Of a stretch of 32,680 nucleotides of DNA, positions 30,314 to 32,680 are shown piece after piece. The DNA comes from Patescibacteria group bacterium. Lineage in GTDB: Bacteria > Patescibacteriota > Microgenomatia > Curtissbacterales > DATCJB01. The position numbers and the translations under genes are program-made. The stretch's first letter is position 1, and each line of letters begins with the position of its first letter. The stretch covers positions 1 through 32,680 of the forward strand of contig DATCJB010000009.1 of assembly GCA_036507455.1 (NCBI GenBank), written 5' to 3'. Below the pieces are notes generated by a model. That model saw only the letters and a program-made list of their open reading frames with translations. It made no database searches and was not told the origin of the DNA.

Positions 30314-32596
30314 TTAATATATATTAATTACCGACTTCTGTCCCGTCAGCTTGGTCAGCGGATCTTCAATCAAAGTTGAAATTTTGATAAACACCCGGTC
30401 TGTTTTATCTTTATTATTTTCTTCGTCGTTTTCATAACCGTTATCTTTCTCGATAGCTATAATCGGCCCCCCGGTTGCTATTCGGTCAATTGGCAGATTG
30501 GCATTAGTTGCCTGTTGCGGATTTTGTAAATATGCAAGATATTCTTCCCTGGTTAATTCTTTTACAATATTTTCCTGGCCGTTTGCCATTTGTACTACCG
30601 TGATTTTTGTATTACCGCAGTTTTTTGGTTCGGTTCCGACAACAAATAATTCCTTTTTGACTTTGCCTGATCCGCACGGTTTTTGGCCTGTGAAAGCATC
30701 AACGTCTGATAAAATTACACTGTCAGGTTTTGAATACCATTTATCGCTTTTGTTTTGAACTAAATTTTGCATGACTCTGTGCCAAATGGGAGTAGCACCT
30801 GTAATTCCCGATGTTAAAGACGGGTGCATCGGAGTATTATCATTATTTCCGACCCAAGTCGTTACAACAAAATCGGGAGTGTATCCGATTGTCCAATTAT
30901 CACGCTTATCGTTGGAAGTTCCGGTTTTAACTGCTACCTTTTTACCGGGAATATTTAACAGACTGTTTGTACCAAACGAAGCGCTTCTTGCCTGATTGTC
31001 GGATAAAATGTCCGAAATTAGATAAGCAACCTCGGGTGCGACGACTTTTTCTCCCTGATTAAACCTATTTTGGTATACGATCTTACCGCTTGCATCATTA
31101 ATTTGGGTAATTGTAATAATATCGTGTTTGATCCCGCTATTGGCCAGAACTCCGTAGGCTTTTGCCATATCTGTCATTTGGACTTCACCACCTCCAAGGG
31201 TTAAGGACAATCCGACATTTTCCCTTTTTAAATCGTCAATTCCGAGAATTTTTGATTTTTCAACCATTGCATCGACCCCGATTGTTGCCAGCATTCTGAC
31301 TGCCGGTACATTGTACGAATTGGCCAGTGCAGATCTGATTGAAACGTTCCCGTGAAACTTATCATCATAATTTTTAGGTTCGTATGTTTCCCACGAACTT
31401 ACAAATTTGGTCGGAATATCTGACAGGATTGTAGCGGGCGTGTAACCCTTTTCAAAAGCCGTTGCATACATGACCGGTTTTATGGATGATCCAGGTTGAC
31501 GGTAAGCGAGTGGGACGTTAAACGTACCGTATATTGCGGTATCAAAATAGTCTTTTGAACCGACCATAGCTAACATTTCTCCGTTTTGGGGACTGGTAAC
31601 AACAACCGCTCCGTTGCCAACTCTTAGGTTTTTTAGCTTATTTACTTCTTCTAAAACAACCTTTTCGGCCATTTCCTGTATATCGATATCCAAACTGGTT
31701 TTAACCACAAGTCCGCCTTTCTGGACTTTTTCCAGTCCGTATTTTTCAATTAATGCATCCTTGACCATCATCGAAAAATGCGCTGCTCTTAAAGTTGAAG
31801 GAGTGAAAGTAAAATTTAACTTTTCGTCAAAAGCGTCGTCTTTTTGTTGATTACTAATAAAACCTTCTTCAACCATACTGTTTAAAACCAATTCCTGTCT
31901 TTGCTTGAAGATTAAATTTTCGTTGTTTCTCGGAGAAAGTCTGGAAGGTGCACTTGTTAAACCGGCTAAAAATGCCGATTCGGCAAGAGACAGATCCTTA
32001 ACTTCTTTTCCAAAGTAATACTTACTTGCAGTGCCAACACCCCAATTTACCCCGCCGTATGAAACTTCATTTAAATATTTTTCAAGTATTTCGTCTTTTG
32101 TATTAATTCTCTCAAAATATAGGGACAAAAGAATCTCTTTTACTTTTCTGTCTAAGGTTCTGTTTAAGGATAAATGAGCATTTCTTATATATTGTTGGGT
32201 TATTGTTGAACCGCCCTCGAGCCTATCGTCAAATGCAATCGCTTTAGCCGCCCTAACCATTGAAACCGGATCTATGCCCGGGTGGTTGTAAAACCTTTTA
32301 TCTTCTACGGCTATGGTTGCGTCTACTAGGTACTTGGGCATCTGGTCCAATTGTACCCAGATTCTATTTTTTTGATCGTAGATTTCATATATTAACTTGT
32401 CGTTGCGGTCATAAATTCTTGTTGTTAAATCAGGTTCGTATGAGGCAAGTTTGATCGGGGGGAATATCAAAACCAAAAACACTAATATTAAAAACGCAAT
32501 TAAAAGCGCGGACTTTTTAAAAGCATTAAAAGACGCATAAAATTTATTCATTCTTAGCCATAACATAGACCTATAGGATATAATCACTGGTGGCAT
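30314..32596 (-). CDS. class A penicillin-binding protein (bifunctional glycosyltransferase/transpeptidase)
   Basis: Up to 760 aa; alternative ATGs at 32566 and 32551 (MNKFYASF...) lie just before the TM helix. GT51 motifs: AIAVEDKRFYNHPGIDP, GGSTITQQY, RKVKE. Transpeptidase motifs: SSIKP (SxxK), SYN (SxN) and KTGT. It has a C-terminal tail of about 130 aa with no recognisable motif. Confidence 0.9.
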   Translation of the reverse strand: MPPVIISYRSMLWLRMNKFYASFNAFKKSALLIAFLILVFLVLIFPPIKLASYEPDLTTRIYDRNDKLIYEIYDQKNRIWVQLDQMPKYLVDATIAVEDKRFYNHPGIDPVSMVRAAKAIAFDDRLEGGSTITQQYIRNAHLSLNRTLDRKVKEILLSLYFERINTKDEILEKYLNEVSYGGVNWGVGTASKYYFGKEVKDLSLAESAFLAGLTSAPSRLSPRNNENLIFKQRQELVLNSMVEEGFISNQQKDDAFDEKLNFTFTPSTLRAAHFSMMVKDALIEKYGLEKVQKGGLVVKTSLDIDIQEMAEKVVLEEVNKLKNLRVGNGAVVVTSPQNGEMLAMVGSKDYFDTAIYGTFNVPLAYRQPGSSIKPVMYATAFEKGYTPATILSDIPTKFVSSWETYEPKNYDDKFHGNVSIRSALANSYNVPAVRMLATIGVDAMVEKSKILGIDDLKRENVGLSLTLGGGEVQMTDMAKAYGVLANSGIKHDIITITQINDASGKIVYQNRFNQGEKVVAPEVAYLISDILSDNQARSASFGTNSLLNIPGKKVAVKTGTSNDKRDNWTIGYTPDFVVTTWVGNNDNTPMHPSLTSGITGATPIWHRVMQNLVQNKSDKWYSKPDSVILSDVDAFTGQKPCGSGKVKKELFVVGTEPKNCGNTKITVVQMANGQENIVKELTREEYLAYLQNPQQATNANLPIDRIATGGPIIAIEKDNGYENDEENNKDKTDRVFIKISTLIEDPLTKLTGQKSVINIY

Positions 32597-32680
32597 TTTG
32601 TCAAATTTATTCTGCCTTACTTTAAGTTCATTAACTTTTATCGGTCAAATTATAATGTAAGTAATTATCAAAACTTATAC

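Noticed and set aside
4266-32454. About 35 short ORFs (60-146 aa) in the six-frame track that lie antisense to, or out of frame within, the large genes. Examples: 4266-4451, 5180-5568, 5781-6056, 6911-7099, 8320-8737, 8948-9205, 10154-10669, 14146-14586, 15039-15284, 20990-21301, 23535-23771, 24960-25169, 29051-29302 and 30498-31850.
   Set aside because: Each is fully embedded in a longer ORF that has clear family motifs. Their translations are low-complexity or compositionally odd, with no recognisable motifs. The largest (14146-14586, 146 aa) is the typical Pro/Ala/Thr-rich shadow of a locally GC-richer coding region. I found no independent start signals.
32654-32665. AATGTAAGTAAT upstream of the PBP gene resembles the complement of the uvrA-type motif (AATGTAAACATT).
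   Set aside because: Only one half-site (AATGT/ACATT) is intact and the other arm is not complementary, so no palindrome is formed. A single 5-mer half-site is not informative. The window also ends at 32680, so the context is incomplete.
1-32680. Alternative genetic code (stop-codon reassignment, as in some candidate phyla), or hidden RNA genes or mobile elements.
   Set aside because: All 27 genes read as uninterrupted ORFs of family-appropriate length under the standard bacterial code, with TAA, TGA and TAG all used as terminators at expected protein ends. No intergenic spacer exceeds about 155 nt. None shows a tRNA cloverleaf arm, rRNA-like sequence, terminal inverted repeats or a transposase or integrase ORF.

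Overview
This is an AT-rich, very gene-dense bacterial chromosome segment. I call 27 protein genes; most spacers are under 60 nt and several starts and stops overlap. I saw no rRNA, tRNA, CRISPR array, transposase or integrase, and no in-frame stops that would suggest a recoded genetic code. Several proteins are shorter than their usual homologues (HolA-like, AckA, UvrC, VIT) and Shine-Dalgarno motifs are almost absent. With the fermentative gene content, this suggests a reduced-genome bacterium, plausibly Patescibacteria/CPR (inference only).

Gene order:
- Left: pcm (partial), xseA-xseB-holA-like, then a lower-glycolysis and acetate ATP module, ppsA-eno-gpmI-pduL-ackA.
- Middle: an ECF-type sigma factor followed by two tandem, mutually paralogous, highly divergent sigma-like multi-HTH proteins. 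Then rsmI, a two-subunit 2-oxoacid:ferredoxin oxidoreductase, and a convergent VIT/NRAMP metal-transporter pair.
- Right: a DNA-damage locus with lexA divergent from uvrB, then uvrA, a secreted and anchored transglutaminase-like protein, and a uvrC lacking the HhH domain. After that come a DUF360/YvlD-like membrane protein, yvcK-like, secG, an orphan family-5 SBP and a class A PBP.

The strongest non-coding signal is a leader cassette shared by uvrA and the DUF360 membrane-protein gene 6.3 kb away. It contains an exact 32-nt block running into the start codon, and each copy carries two palindromic AATGTTTACATT-type sites. This points to a common, possibly SOS/LexA-type, regulon linking excision repair to an envelope module.

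Other signals are a perfect 5-N4-5 palindrome across the back-to-back lexA/uvrB promoters, three phased ~30-nt repeats upstream of pduL-ackA, and -10 boxes placed 6-12 nt from start codons, which implies near-leaderless mRNAs. The sigma-like paralogue cassette and the shared uvrA/DUF360 leader are my best candidates for undescribed biology.
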